Positions 36,246 through 48,479 of a stretch of 64,000 nucleotides of DNA are shown here, piece after piece. The DNA is taken from contig JAXLNO010000592.1 in assembly GCA_038087875.1 (NCBI GenBank), positions 1 to 64,000 of the forward strand. The letters run 5' to 3'. The translations under genes were made by a program, and so were the position numbers. The stretch comes from Malacoraja senta. Lineage: Eukaryota. The notes under the pieces were generated by a model, which saw nothing but the letters and a program-made list of their open reading frames with translations, had not been told where the DNA came from and made no database searches. Positions within the stretch are counted from its first letter, which is position 1; each line of letters starts with the position of its first letter.

Positions 36246-36289
36246 GCTGGCAGCCATCATCAAGCATGGGTGGCCCGACAGACGGCAAC

Positions 36290-36964
36290 CCGTCCTCCGG
36301 GGACGTAGCCTGCCCGCAGCACGGGTCTAGAGTTGTCTATTTTAGGACGCGGTCTGTTGAGACCAGTTAAGTTGACCGATCGACCAACAGCGTCCCTTTG
36401 TCCGAACAACGGGTCAACGACTTCAGCCAACCTGCATGCATGCATTGCGTCGGTCAGAGTAAGATCCGGCCTTCTCAATAGCTCCGATCGCAATTTCTGA
36501 TCCAGCATACCTGTCACTAGAATGTCCCTGGTAAGCTGGTCAGTCATGTTTTCAAATCGACACCTCTGGGCGAGATAGCGCAGATCCGCAATAATGCATT
36601 CAACAGGTTCATCAGGCTGTTGCTTTCTCGTAAAAAAATTGGCTCGCTCTAAAATGCGATTAGAGAGCAAGTCGCAAATTTCTGCAAACTTTCGCAATAG
36701 ACATACCGGATCGTTGGCAGACTCCACAGGTACTTGAACCCGATCGTTTTCATCCCGGACCGCGGGATCATAGGCGAAGGCTCGTGCTCTCCTCATGGCA
36801 TCGGGACTAGCAAGGTTCAGTAGGAGAGAAGCTTTAACAATGTCAGGATCGTTACGATGAACGATATTAATGTAATGTGTGAAGTCCATTTCAAAAGTCG
36901 CCCAGCGTTAAGCTATGTCAGCATCAAAGACTAGGGGCAAGGGTTTGCGGCACGAGGATGCCAT
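36290..36964 (-). pseudogene. Gypsy gag, truncated
   Basis: ATG at 36964 (MASSCRKPLPLVFDADIA*), TAA at 36908-36910, ERANFFTRKQQPDE..RCRFEN..RDILVTGM. Ends at the deletion junction. Confidence 0.8.
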
Positions 36965-39773
36965 GGCAAAAGGTACAAAACTCCGATAAAGCAACACTTT
37001 CAAAGAAATAAAAAAACGATAAGCAGGAGGCGCGCGTTTTAACTTGCTGACACCATGTAAAGATGTTAAGTCTGACTCACTTGTAGCTTTACTTAACGTT
37101 TAATGATAACACAGGTTAAACACTTTCCAGCACTGACTGCACCCAGTCTGTCATCATGCTTGAACCAGGGAGGAGCAAGAGGGACAGAGAGTTCTTATAC
37201 TTGATAACTAAGGCGTGGTTAGTAGTACTGAGGTAGCTATATTATTGGTTGCATGCATAAACCATCTACAGTTACCAAATAGTGAAAGGCCTGGATAGAG
37301 TGGATGTTGAGAGGATGTTTCCACTAGTGGGAGCATCTCAGCAGAGGGCAAAGCCTCACAATTAAAGTACACTCCTTTAGAAAGGAGATGAGGAGGAATT
37401 TCTTTATTCAGAGGGTGGTGAATCTGTGGAATTCTGCCACTGAAGGCTGTGGAGGCTGTCAATGGAAATTTTTTTAAGGCAGAGAAAGATAGATTCTTCA
37501 ATAGTACGGGTGTCAGGGGTTATGGGGAGAAGGCAAGAAAATGGGGTTTGGAGGATAGGATAGATCAGCCATGATAGATGGGACGAATGACCTAATTCTG
37601 TTCCTATCACTTATGATCTTATGAACTTATGATTGAGTAAATAGCTGTCTGTAGTATTAACAATGACAAAACAAGTATATAGCATGCTAACGTCTTGGTA
37701 AAACTCATTCAAAATTATTTTATTAAATGCTCATAATTCAGAAATGACACTGGTGGATATACAATGAAATTCTCGGTCTGTTGCACATAAAACACTTCCA
37801 CAGCTATTACACCACAGCTTTGATAATGAGTATTGTTCCCAGTGCTCTGTAGGGTTAAGAAAACACAGCCCCCATACGTTACCGTGTTCCATAAATATTC
37901 ACAGGACATGGTACTGGGATGTTGTCTATGTGGAGTTTGCATGTTCTCCCTGTGAGCACGTGGGATTTCTCCCGGTGCTTCGGTTTCCTCGCACATCTCA
38001 ATGATGTGCAGGTTTGTAGCTGAGTTGGCCTTTGTAAAATTGCCCTAGTGTATCGAAAGAGGATGTGAAAGAGGGATAACATAGAACTGGTGTGCAAGAT
38101 GGATGGTATCAACTCGATGAGCTGAAGGCTCTGCATCCATGCTCTATAACTCAACTAAACTAAGCAATATTATGTAAGCTGTGGTGTAGAGCATGGTTCG
38201 TATTGAAAACAAAGATCCTTGTTGACTGGCCCATCAAATACTTGAAGCACTGAGTGAAGCATTAAATGCAAAGGCAATTACTTCTCCACTACACCATCAG
38301 GTATGTGAACACGGAATGCAGGTTACAGTATGTGACAAAGAGAAGTGGCAAAATAACTAGGAAGAAACTGCAGATGCAGGTTTAAACCGAAGATAGGCTC
38401 AAAAAGCTGGAGTAACTCAGCGGGTCAAACAGCATTTCTGGAGTCTGAACAAGGGTCTCATCCCGAAATGTCACCTATGTCTTGTATCCAGAGATGCTGT
38501 CTGATCCGGTGAGTTTCTACAGCTTTTTGTGTCTATCTCTGGCCAGATAAGTATATGATGTTTGAGAGTTAGATTGACAATCTGATCTGCAGGAAATAGA
38601 GGGATATGGATCATGTTGCAGTTGAATGGGATCAGTTTAGCATCTCATCATGTTCACCACAGTCATTGTGGGCCAAAGGACCTCTTCCTGAGATGAACAT
38701 TTTTATGTTTTATATAAAATAAGATTAGTAATCAGCTGTAAGCCCCCTTGAAAAGACTGCATCATTCAATAACATTATGTCCAATCTGATTTCGATCAGT
38801 TTACCGCATTATTCCTGCTCTCTTTGATTCATTTCTGATCTAAAACTCTCTATATCTCAACCTGGAAAATATTCATTCACCTTGTCTTCACAGCTGGAAT
38901 AGAAAGTTCAGGCAAATCATACACCTCCTGGAAAATAAATCTTCTTCGTAACTATTTTAAAGAGGGACCCAACATGGAGGGGCTGCCAGAACAAAGAGGG
39001 ACCATTGGGAACTGTAATGATTACTTTGTAACTGCGTCGACACCCTATATATGGTGACTCTTTGTATGTCATGCAAAACAAAGAATTTCACTGTGACATG
39101 ACACATATGGAAATAAAGTATCAATCAATCAAATAGGCGACCTTTTATTCCAAAATGTGGCGCAATGTATGACTTTGGAATCACAGGGTAACTGCAGTGA
39201 AGACAGCACTTGAAAAATTAATGGCTGAATGTAAAGTCATCAGTCAGCATTGATACAATAAAGAGCATAGAACATAGAACAGTACAGCACAATAACAGGC
39301 CCTTTGACCCACAATGTTTGTGCCGAACATGATGCCAAGACCAATTGTTATCTGCTTGCACATAATCCATATCCATCCATTCCCTGCATATACAAGTGCC
39401 TATCTAAAAGTCTCTTAAATGCCACTATCATATCTGTTTCCACCACCACCCCCGGCAGCACATTCCAGTCACTCGCCACCCTTGGCGTAAAACACTTGTC
39501 CTGCACATCTTTTTTAAACTTTGCCACTCATTGTAAAGCTGTACCTGCTCTTATTTGATATTTCCTTCCTGGGTAAAAAGTCGGATGGTCTACCCTATCT
39601 CTACTCCTCCCAGTTTGATATATTACTGTCAGGTCTCCCCTCAATCCCCGACATTCCAGAGAAAACAATCCAACTGTCCAGTCTGTCCAACTTTTCCCTG
39701 TGGCTAATACCCCACTAATCCAAGCATCATTCCGGTAGACCTCCTCTGCATCCCAAAGGAAGCTGATTGTACT

Positions 39774-39946
39774 TCATGGTCCTCTCCTGGTCTCTGCTGT
39801 TGTCAGCTGGCACTGTTCATTGAAAGGTTTTATCTTTTTCCTCTTCTTCCAGCAACCAATTCCAAGGATGATCCCCAGGAGAATGAGAGGAACGATTACA
39901 GCTCCAGTCACGATCCTAATCTTTATATCTTCTTTCACTGCCCTCT
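39774..39946 (-). CDS. MHC-I-like exon 5, connecting peptide, TM and cytoplasmic tail
   Basis: caacag| phase-1 acceptor. IVTGAVIVPLILLGIILGIGC followed by WKKRKK stop-transfer, then TGA. Confidence 0.75.
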
Positions 39947-40935
39947 CTGTTGGCATATATAGTGCATTTTAAACATTTATTGATCAATAACAACTTTGTA
40001 ATGATTTTATTATCTAAATTATACTAGCACTGTTCATATCTAATTAAAAAGTAATAAAGTTTTAGATTTATGTATTTATATAGAGGATGGATGTGCTTAA
40101 AATGATCAATGAAAAATCATTAAGCTCATATTAGTATTATGGTATTGAGATTTTATCTGCAGCATTTAATTAAGAATTTAAAGAATCAAGTAAGTCAGAA
40201 ATAGATGACTATTTGCAGTGTAGAGGTCAACAAGGCCATTTTCTTATGTTGATGATTGTTATTATAGCAAATAAGTGAACCCATTTATAGTTGATAAAAC
40301 TTCAAAGGTTTTAAACTTTGCTGATATTTCAATGATAACTGAGAATTTAATTTTCTCTCTCTCGCTCTCGCTCTCTTGCAACAGGTGTAGCTACTTCAGA
40401 CTGATAATGGGGTTGGATGTGGCACCACTATTGGTCTTTTGTGTAACTAACTACTATCAGAAAATTAACTAGATGCCCAAGGAAGAAGATAAGAGACCTT
40501 GTCCAGGATCAGCCTATCTTGCTTCCATTGTTCCTACATTTGGATGAGTGAGTTAAGGGTGACATAAGAATAATTTTGACCATAAGATATTGGAGCAGAA
40601 TTATGCCTTTCAAGTCCATTGAGTCTACTCCACCATTCAGTCATGGCAGATCGATTTTTACTGCTAAATCCCATTCTCCTTCCTTCTCCCTGTAACCTTT
40701 GTGACCCGTACTCATCAAGAACCTATCAATCTCTGCTTGAAAAATATGCAATGACTTGACCCACACAGCTGTTTGTATCAATGAATTCCACAGATTCACC
40801 ACCCTGTGACTAAAGAGATTCCTCCTCATCTCCATATTGAAGGTAGGTATTTTTATTGTGAGGCTGTGCTAGACTCTCCCATTACTGAAAACTTCCTTTC
40901 CCATCAACTAACCAGGCATTTCATTATCTGGTAGG

Positions 40936-42728
40936 CAGGGCCGGATTTACATATAAGATGGACAAGCTTCAGTTTAGGGCCTGGAGATCTAGGAGGGGCT
41001 CGCAGAGCCGGATTTACCACTAGGCTTCATAGGCTGAAGCCTGGGGCCCTGAAATATAGGGGGCCTCCGGCCAAGGCAGGACACCAGCCGTTCAACTCTG
41101 GGCGGGGCGGCCCCCCTCTCTATCTCTATCTCCGTCTGTCACTCTCCGTGTCCGGGTCTCCACTCTCCGCTCGCTCCTCATCCGCCAGCACGGCCGGCCG
41201 CCTTGCACATGCACACTGCTACGGCCAGCACATCCTCCCCTGCACATGCGCACAACCACAGCCCGCACGTCATCGGCCGCCCTGCGCATGCGCACTGCCA
41301 CGGCAACTGGTCGGCGCTGGGCACTTTCTCCCTCGCTTTGAATTGTGGGAGATTTGGCCGCCATTGCTGCCTCGCCGCAACCGCTGAAAACTAACACAGA
41401 ATCACTCCCTGACCCTGGATCAGGAGTATCTCCCTGGAGTAACTCTCGCTTCTGGTTTCCTGATCCTCCATAAATATTCTAAAAGGAATTTAAACTGGAG
41501 GTGGTAGAGGGCTGAACAATAACAGCCTATTGCATTTTATCTGTTTATTTATTGTGTATATATATGGTCTATGGTATATAAACACACTGAACTTTTATCT
41601 CCTGTTCTGTATTATGTTCACATATTATGTTGTGCTGCAGCAAGCAAGAATTTCATTGTCCTATCTGGGACACATGACAATAAAACTCTCTTGACTCTTG
41701 ACTTGGACTTAAGCAAAAAAGGGTTCTTGGGGAAAAAAGAGGTACCTTAAATTTAGTTGCGTCTGGTTGGGTAACTATGGTAGGGTGAAGACTATTCCAT
41801 GCTTTAATTGTGCGGGGGAACTCCATGGAGCAGCCAGCAACTCAGGATAGAAGAAATTGGGTGACGTTTCGGGTAGAAACACTTCTTTAGACTCCCTCTG
41901 GTTTTAGTGTCTTTAGCTTAATTTGAAGATACAGCGTGGAAACAGGCCCTTCAGCCCTCCGAGTCCACGCCGACTATTGATCACCCGTACACTAGTTCTT
42001 TCCCACACATTAACGAAGTAAGTCAAGAGTCAAGAGTTTATTCTCTCACGTCCCAGTTAGAACAATGAAATCCTTACTTGCAGCAGCACAACAGAATATG
42101 TAAACATAGTACTCTGTAAACAATGTTATAAACGAGAAAACAAAACGGTGTATATTTATAGCTGTGGTGGAGACAATCGCTGCTGCTACCCGACCCCCGG
42201 AGATTCGGAGGCTACAACCGCGGGTCTGGCGGATGGCAACACCGGAAGCCCGTGGGTCCCCTGGTGGGACACCGCTTTTCGGGGCATCCGCAGCGGCGAC
42301 TTCTCCCGCCCGAGTTGCGGGGTTGAAGAGCACCTGGAGGGGGGCTTTACATCACCGCCCCGCGCGGCTTGGAATGGCCGCCGGACTTTGCGAGCGCGCG
42401 CCGGGGCTCTAACACCAAGACGCGGTGCGCGACCCTGCATTAACCGGCGTGGCTTTAATGGCCGCGGGATAATCACCATCGCCCGCCGGGGGCTTTGACT
42501 TTGACTCTGACATCGGGGGGGTGGGGGGGGGGGAGTGCAGTGGAGAGATACGTTTTTTTGCCTTCCATCACAGCGCTGTGATGGATGTATGTGTAAATTG
42601 TGTTGTGTCTCGGGTCTTCTTCGTTTTGTAATGTATGGCTGCAGAAACGACATTTCGTTTGGACCTCAACGGGGTCCAAATGACAAATTTGTCCAAAAGA
42701 CAAATAAAATTGTATTGTAATTGTATTG

Positions 42729-42760
<32 letters not shown>

Positions 42761-44456
42761 CATAGTATATATACCCACACGCACACACACACAATTTCCC
42801 TCCTGGGATTAATAAAGTTCTATCGTATAGTATCGTGTGTGTAGGAAGGAACTGCAGATGCTGGTTTAAACTGAAGATAGACACACAAAGCTGGAGTAAC
42901 TCAACAGGTCAGACAGAATCTCTGGACAAAAGGGAAATATTACGTTTAGGGTTGGTTCTGAAATAGGTTCCTGCACACCTTTGGAATGTGGAAGGAAACA
43001 AGAGCACCCGAAGAAAACCCATGCGATCAAAGTGAAAAGGAGCAAACTCCAAACAGACAACACCTATATTCAGGATCAATTCCAGGTCTCTGGCACTTTT
43101 AGGCAGCAACCTTATGGCCAATGTACAGCCCCATTGTCTTGAACTTAATTAAAACGCCAAGTGTAGCATTTCCTGCAGTTGCAATGGAAAGTGCCAGGAG
43201 AGGGGGTGGTTTGGGTGGGAAGGGACGAATTGACCAGGGAGTTACGGAGGGAGCGGTCTCTATGGAAAGCCAACAGGGGAGGAGATGGGAAGATGTGGCC
43301 AGTTGTGGGATCCCATTGGTAGACAAAAAAGCTGTAGAAAATCAGCGGGTGAGGCAGCACCTGTGGAGCGAAGGAATAGACGATGTTTCGGGTCGAGACC
43401 CTTCTTCAGATTGATGTCGGGGGGGGGGGGGAATGACATGAAAAATAAAGGAAGAGACGGAGACAGTAGGCTGTGGGAGAGCTGGGAATGGGAGGGGAAG
43501 GAGGGAGAAAGCAAGGACTACCTGAAATTAGAGAAGCCTATGTGCATAGCGCTGGGGTGTAAACTACCCAAGCAAATATGAGGTGCTGCCCCTCCAATAT
43601 GCGGTGGGCCTCACTCTGGCCATGGAGGAGGCCCAGGACAGAAAGGTCAGATTCGGAATGGGAGGGGGAGTTGAAGTGCTGAGCCACCGGGAGATCAGGT
43701 TGGTTATTGCGAACTGAGTGGAGGTGTTGTGCGAAGCAATCGCCAAGCCTGCACTTGGTCTCACCGAGGTTGATCATACGCTGAATAATCCAACCACATT
43801 TTTTTTTGGAAGTGGAAAGAAATAATAGAAATTGCATTCATTGCAACGTGTAAAAAGAGTTAAGATACAGTATTATAATTGTGCTGCATGTCATTGTGGT
43901 ATATATCATGTCCTGATTGGTGAATATGTTTAGTTTGTGGCTTTATTTGAAGCAGAAATAATATGTGAATGCTTCATTGAGCATAATTCTGACTGGTCGT
44001 CCGAGCACATTATCGCACGTGTCATGCAAGCCATCTTAAATAACCACCTAAACTGTCATTTGGCAACTTAAAAAGCTACCAAGGTTGCCCGGCTGACAAC
44101 AGAGAAAAAAAATTAAGTGAGAGCCCTGCAAGGTGTATAATATTTTTGACACTGTCATAGGCCTTTCTTACATATGCTGTCACAACGCACTGTAGTCTCT
44201 AAACAACACTTCAGTAATTTTCCTTGCCCTCCATTTCAGAATAATAGTGTTTTAAGCCAATAACTCGACACTAGCAGTGGCAATAAATAAATAAATAAAG
44301 CCCAGCTTTCCAGCCCCTTATCTCATTGGCCACGCTCGGCTGCAAATCGGTGTCAATCTGGTGGACCATCTTCCTCTGGTCGTGGGGGTGGGGGATTGGG
44401 GGGGGGCCTCACAAGTGGAACAGCTTAGGGCCTCTCTTCATCTAAATCCGGCCCTG
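40936..44456. mobile_element. Non-autonomous hAT element (3521 bp) in MHC intron 4, filled with nested repeats
   Basis: Perfect 14-bp TIR cagggccggattta. Perfect 8-bp TSD ctggtagg (40928-40935 and 44457-44464). Splits an antisense CR1 fragment. No transposase recognised. Confidence 0.9.
43150..43780 (-). mobile_element. Penelope-like element 3' part: GIY-YIG C-terminus, pLTR with hammerhead core, partial tandem copy
   Basis: ETKCRLGDCFAQHLHSV..PVAQHFNSPSHS..LSVLGL..EGQHLIF. Core at 43382-43409. Then DPTTGHIFPSPPLLAFHRDRSLRNSLV..CNCRKC. Confidence 0.85.
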
Positions 44457-44914
44457 CTGGTAGGTTTCAATGAGATTCCCACCTCATCCTTCTAAATCCC
44501 ATGAGCACAGGCACAGAGACTTCAAACACTCCTCATACGTTAAATCAATCATCCCCAGGACATACATCCTCTCGACCCTCTCCAAAGCCAGCACATCCTT
44601 TCTAATATGGAGCCCAAAACTGCTCACAATATTCCAAATGTGTCTTCACCAGTGCCCGATAAATCCTCAGCATTATATTATTGTTTTTATATTCTACGCC
44701 CCCCGAAATGAATGCTGGCATTGCATTTGCCTTACTTACCACTGACTCAATCTGCAAATGAACTATTTGGGAATCCTGCACTAGTACTCCCACTTTGTAG
44801 CTCAGGTTTCTCAATTCTCTCCCCATTTAGAAAATAGTCTATGTCTTTATTCTGACTGCCAAAATGTAAAACCAGACACTTGCTACACTGTTTTCCATTT
44901 GGCTCTGCTTTGCC

Positions 44915-45203
44915 CACTCGGTGGAACTGCTGCCTTACAGCGCCAGAGACCCGGTTCAATTCTGACTACGGGTCCCGTCTGTACAGAGTTTTGTACCTTC
45001 TCCCCGGGACTTGCGTGGGTTTTGCCTGGATCTCCGGTTTCCTCACTCAGTCCAAAGACATACAGGTTTGTAGGTTAATTGGCTTGGTATAATTGTAAAT
45101 TGTCCCCTAATAAGTAAGATAATGTAAGTGTGCAGGGATCGCTGGTTGACGCAGACTCGGTGGGCTGAAGGGCCGGTTTCTGCGCTGTATCTCTTAAACT
45201 AAA
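44915..45203 (+). mobile_element. HE1-type V-SINE
   Basis: Family head, body and tail. Confidence 0.85.
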
Positions 45204-45261
45204 ACCACATTCCATTGACTATCAATAATTATGAGCAATTAGATAACCACAAATTAATAAT

Positions 45262-45550
45262 GGGTGGCACAGTGGCGTAGCGGTAGAGCTGCTGCCTTAC
45301 TGCACCAGAGACCTGGGTTTGATCCTGACTACAGGTGCTGTCTGCAAGGACATTGTATGTTCTCCCTGTGACTGCGTGGGTTTCCTCCCACACTACAAAG
45401 ACATACAGGTTTGTAGGTTACTTGGCTTAGGTAAAATTGTAAATTGTCCGTACTGTGTAGGTTAGTGTAAATGTATGGGTTGATCACTATTCAGCGAGGA
45501 CTCAGTGAGCTGAGGGGCCTGTATCTGCAGCATATCTCTAAAGCCTAAAG
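45262..45550 (+). mobile_element. HE1-type V-SINE
   Basis: gggtggcacagtggcgtagcggtagagctg head, degenerate tail. Confidence 0.82.
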
Positions 45551-45650
45551 TCTAAATCCACAGCTTAGTTAAGAGTGTGAGTTGAGACTGTTATCTCAGT
45601 CCAGGAGGTTTATGGTCTCAAGTGATCAGCCTCATTGACTTGCCACTTAC

Positions 45651-45923
45651 CCTGTGGAACATTGACTCCCTGCAGCAGAGTTGCATGTTCGATGTAACAG
45701 GAGAATTTTGCCACATCTTCTCTATTCAGTTGAATTGTATTCTTCAGCTGGTAAGTCCCATCCCAATTGGGCAACAGATCACTGGATTCAGACTCATGGA
45801 CCCCCTCACCATCTCTCAGCCACGTTACATCGATGGCCCGTGGCTAGAAGCCTGTGACAAGGCAGGAGAGTCTCAGTGATTGCGACCCATCACGTTTAAT
45901 CCCAATAAACACCTCAGGGGTTT
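45651..45923 (-). CDS. MHC-I-like exon 4, alpha3 Ig-C1 domain (premature stop)
   Basis: TPEVF..LSCLVTGF*PRAIDVTWLRDG..LLPNWDGTYQL..FSCYIEHATL. TAG at 45844-45846. 273 bp. Not in the supplied ORF track. Confidence 0.92.
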
Positions 45924-46735
45924 CTGCAAGTGTAAGAAGAGTCAGAATCAGTGAAGACATGAACAAAAGCCTTCAATTGTAAGATCACTGCAACTCACCA
46001 CTTTCCCAATCAGAGTTTTTTCTCTGGCTGAACTAAGTTTTCAGCCTAGACCCAAAATGCTGGAATAACTCAGCAGGTCAGGCAGCATTCTGGAGAGAAG
46101 GAATGCCCAGAGATGCTATCTGACCCACTGAGTTACACCAACATCTTCTATCTTCAGTGTAAACCATCATCTGCAGTTCTATCTTGCACAAAGTTTACAG
46201 CCTTTTCTCTTTTCATTTTGCATTTCTGGCAAAACAACAAAACATTTAGCTTTAATATCACTGACATGCTCCTTATCTTAGCTCCAGACTTTAACTGACA
46301 GCACAGATGAAAGGGGAATGCAGGCCCAATGGAGGAGTATAACTCACCATTGGGATTGATACTGTAGACATGATTGCTTCTACCTGTTCATGAATCTCTG
46401 CTGAATAATAACACTAAATATTCCAAGAGGGAATGGGAGGAAGAAGTTCTTCAAATAGAGAACTGTTGGAAATTGAATGTCACCATCCCAAGGAGTAATA
46501 GAGGCAAATAGAGAATCTGATTGGGTTTCTGATCAGTTCAGCAACAGACCCTTCAGGCCACAAGGTCGGTGCTAAACATAAGACCAAGATACATATTCCT
46601 CCATTTCCTGAATATCTATATGACTGTGGATAAAGGACACTGGTACAATATTTATCTTTCACTTGCACTTCCTACCCACTGGTTCCATCTAAGAGGCACG
46701 TTGCCAGACAATTTACTGATACCCACGTTGTAGAA

Positions 46736-47029
46736 CAGGGTGGCGAAGCGATCGAGCTACTGCCTTACAGCGCCAGAGACCTGGGTTTGTTACTAACTAC
46801 GGGTGCTTGTCTTTACAGAGTTTGTACGTTCTCCCTGTGACCTGCGTGGGTTTTATCCGAGATCTTCGGTTTCCCCTCACACTCGAAAGACGTACAAATT
46901 TGTAGGTTAATTGGATTGGTATAAATGCAAATTGTCCCTAGTGTGTGTAGGATAGTGTTAGTGTGCGGGCATGGCTGCTCGGTGCGGTCTCGGTGGGTTT
47001 CCGCGCTGTATCTCTAAACTAAACTAAAT
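46736..47029 (+). mobile_element. HE1-type V-SINE
   Basis: Family head, body and (taaac)n tail. Confidence 0.85.
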
Positions 47030-47127
47030 AATTACTCAAGTGACAGCCTGAAGTGCATGATATTTCCCACCTGATCTATCCAGAGGATATCCTCTGGCCC
47101 ATCAGTCAGAGTGCCTACGTCGTGTAC

Positions 47128-47402
47128 CTCTCCTCTGTAGTGCTTCTTGTCCACACTCCAGATATATCCGCAGCCACTTCACACAGTCCTTCTCCAGGAG
47201 ATCTTTAAAATACTTGTCATGAAGGTGTTGACGTTCCACCGATCTGCTAGCATCTGGAAATCTGGACGTAGTGCAATCCAGTGCATTCTGTCCTTGTCAA
47301 AAGCACAGGCATCCTCCCCATCATAACCCAGTCTGACAAACCCATCAGTGGAATTGTCACTGTCCACTTCACAGCCGCAGAAACCCTGCACAAAGCAAAC
47401 AG
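47128..47402 (-). CDS. MHC-I-like exon 3, alpha2 domain (frameshifted)
   Basis: VCFVQGFCGCE..GYDGED..RW, then in a shifted frame DKYFKDLLEKDCVKWLRIYLECGQEALQRR. 275 bp instead of 276. Confidence 0.9.
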
Positions 47403-48479
47403 CTGGGGCTGAGGTAGGGGTGGAGGATTTGTGTTGGGGAGAGTGGATGGAAGGGAGAGGCAATTTACAAATCAGTTCTCAGCATGGTACAAACAGGCAT
47501 AACAGAACACAACATGGAGCTGTACAGCACAGGAGCAGGTTTAGCTCAGAGATACAGCGCGGAAACAGGCCCTTCGGCCCACCGAGTCCGCACCGACCAG
47601 TGGTCCCCGCATATTAACACTATCCTACACAGACTACTTTTCTTTTCCAGCTTTCTCCACTCTACCCCATCACTCTAAATGGTCCTGGTCTCATATGTTT
47701 TCTGTCCATTTTTCCACAGCATGCTGCCTGACTCGTTGAGTTCCTCCTGTTTGTTTTAAATTCAGATTGGCAGCATCTGCAGTTTGCTGTGACTCCATCT
47801 TAGCACAATGGATGATCAATGTGGATTCAGTGAGCAGAAGGGCCGGTTTCCATGATGTGTGACTCAATGACCCATGGTCTATATACTGAGGGCATGGACT
47901 AACCTCAAGTGTTATGGGGGGGGAGCTTTACTGTTGCGGATGTAACACTAAAGGAGTTCTGCTGTGTCAGAAGGGTGGAACTCAGATTCTGCACTGTCGT
48001 ACATAAAGAACAGAGGAAGAAGTGCATTGTCAGATGGGCAATGCTACAGAGCCAACAGGTCAGTCTGAAGGTTAAGGCAATGCAGATGGGAAGTACATCA
48101 AGGCTGTTGCACTGTGTGGGATTGCTACACCCTCTGAGGATTGTTGCCAATATTGAGGGGATGCTGGATTAACACAATATTATTACTGAGGGAATACCTC
48201 ATAGTCACCATCAACCAGCTTAAATCAAGATCCCATCTCTAGATGATCAGGCTATAAATAAACTAATGGTTTCTCCCTCATTCCAGCCCAACAAAACAGA
48301 TGATCCAATCCTTCCACTTATTACTGGTGTTGAATATCAAATGCTTAACCCATAAAGAGACTATCACCAGCCAACTGTTATGACTGTGTGTTCAGCAGTT
48401 AGGACACATTAAATATAGACGATGGGCCGTGTCTCTATCAAAATGTGATGGAGTAAATGTCTGAAACAGCATCAATGGT

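Larger units (their letters stand above)
34519..37270 (-). mobile_element. Ty3/Gypsy LTR retrotransposon, internally deleted (gag plus integrase only), inserted in a CR1
   Basis: 215-bp TG..CA LTRs at 34519-34733 and 37056-37270 with 4 differences. PBS tggtgtcagc (tRNA-Leu-like) next to the 5' LTR. PPT aaggggaagga next to the 3' LTR. TSD cttac/gttac. The host CR1 rejoins. Confidence 0.93.
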
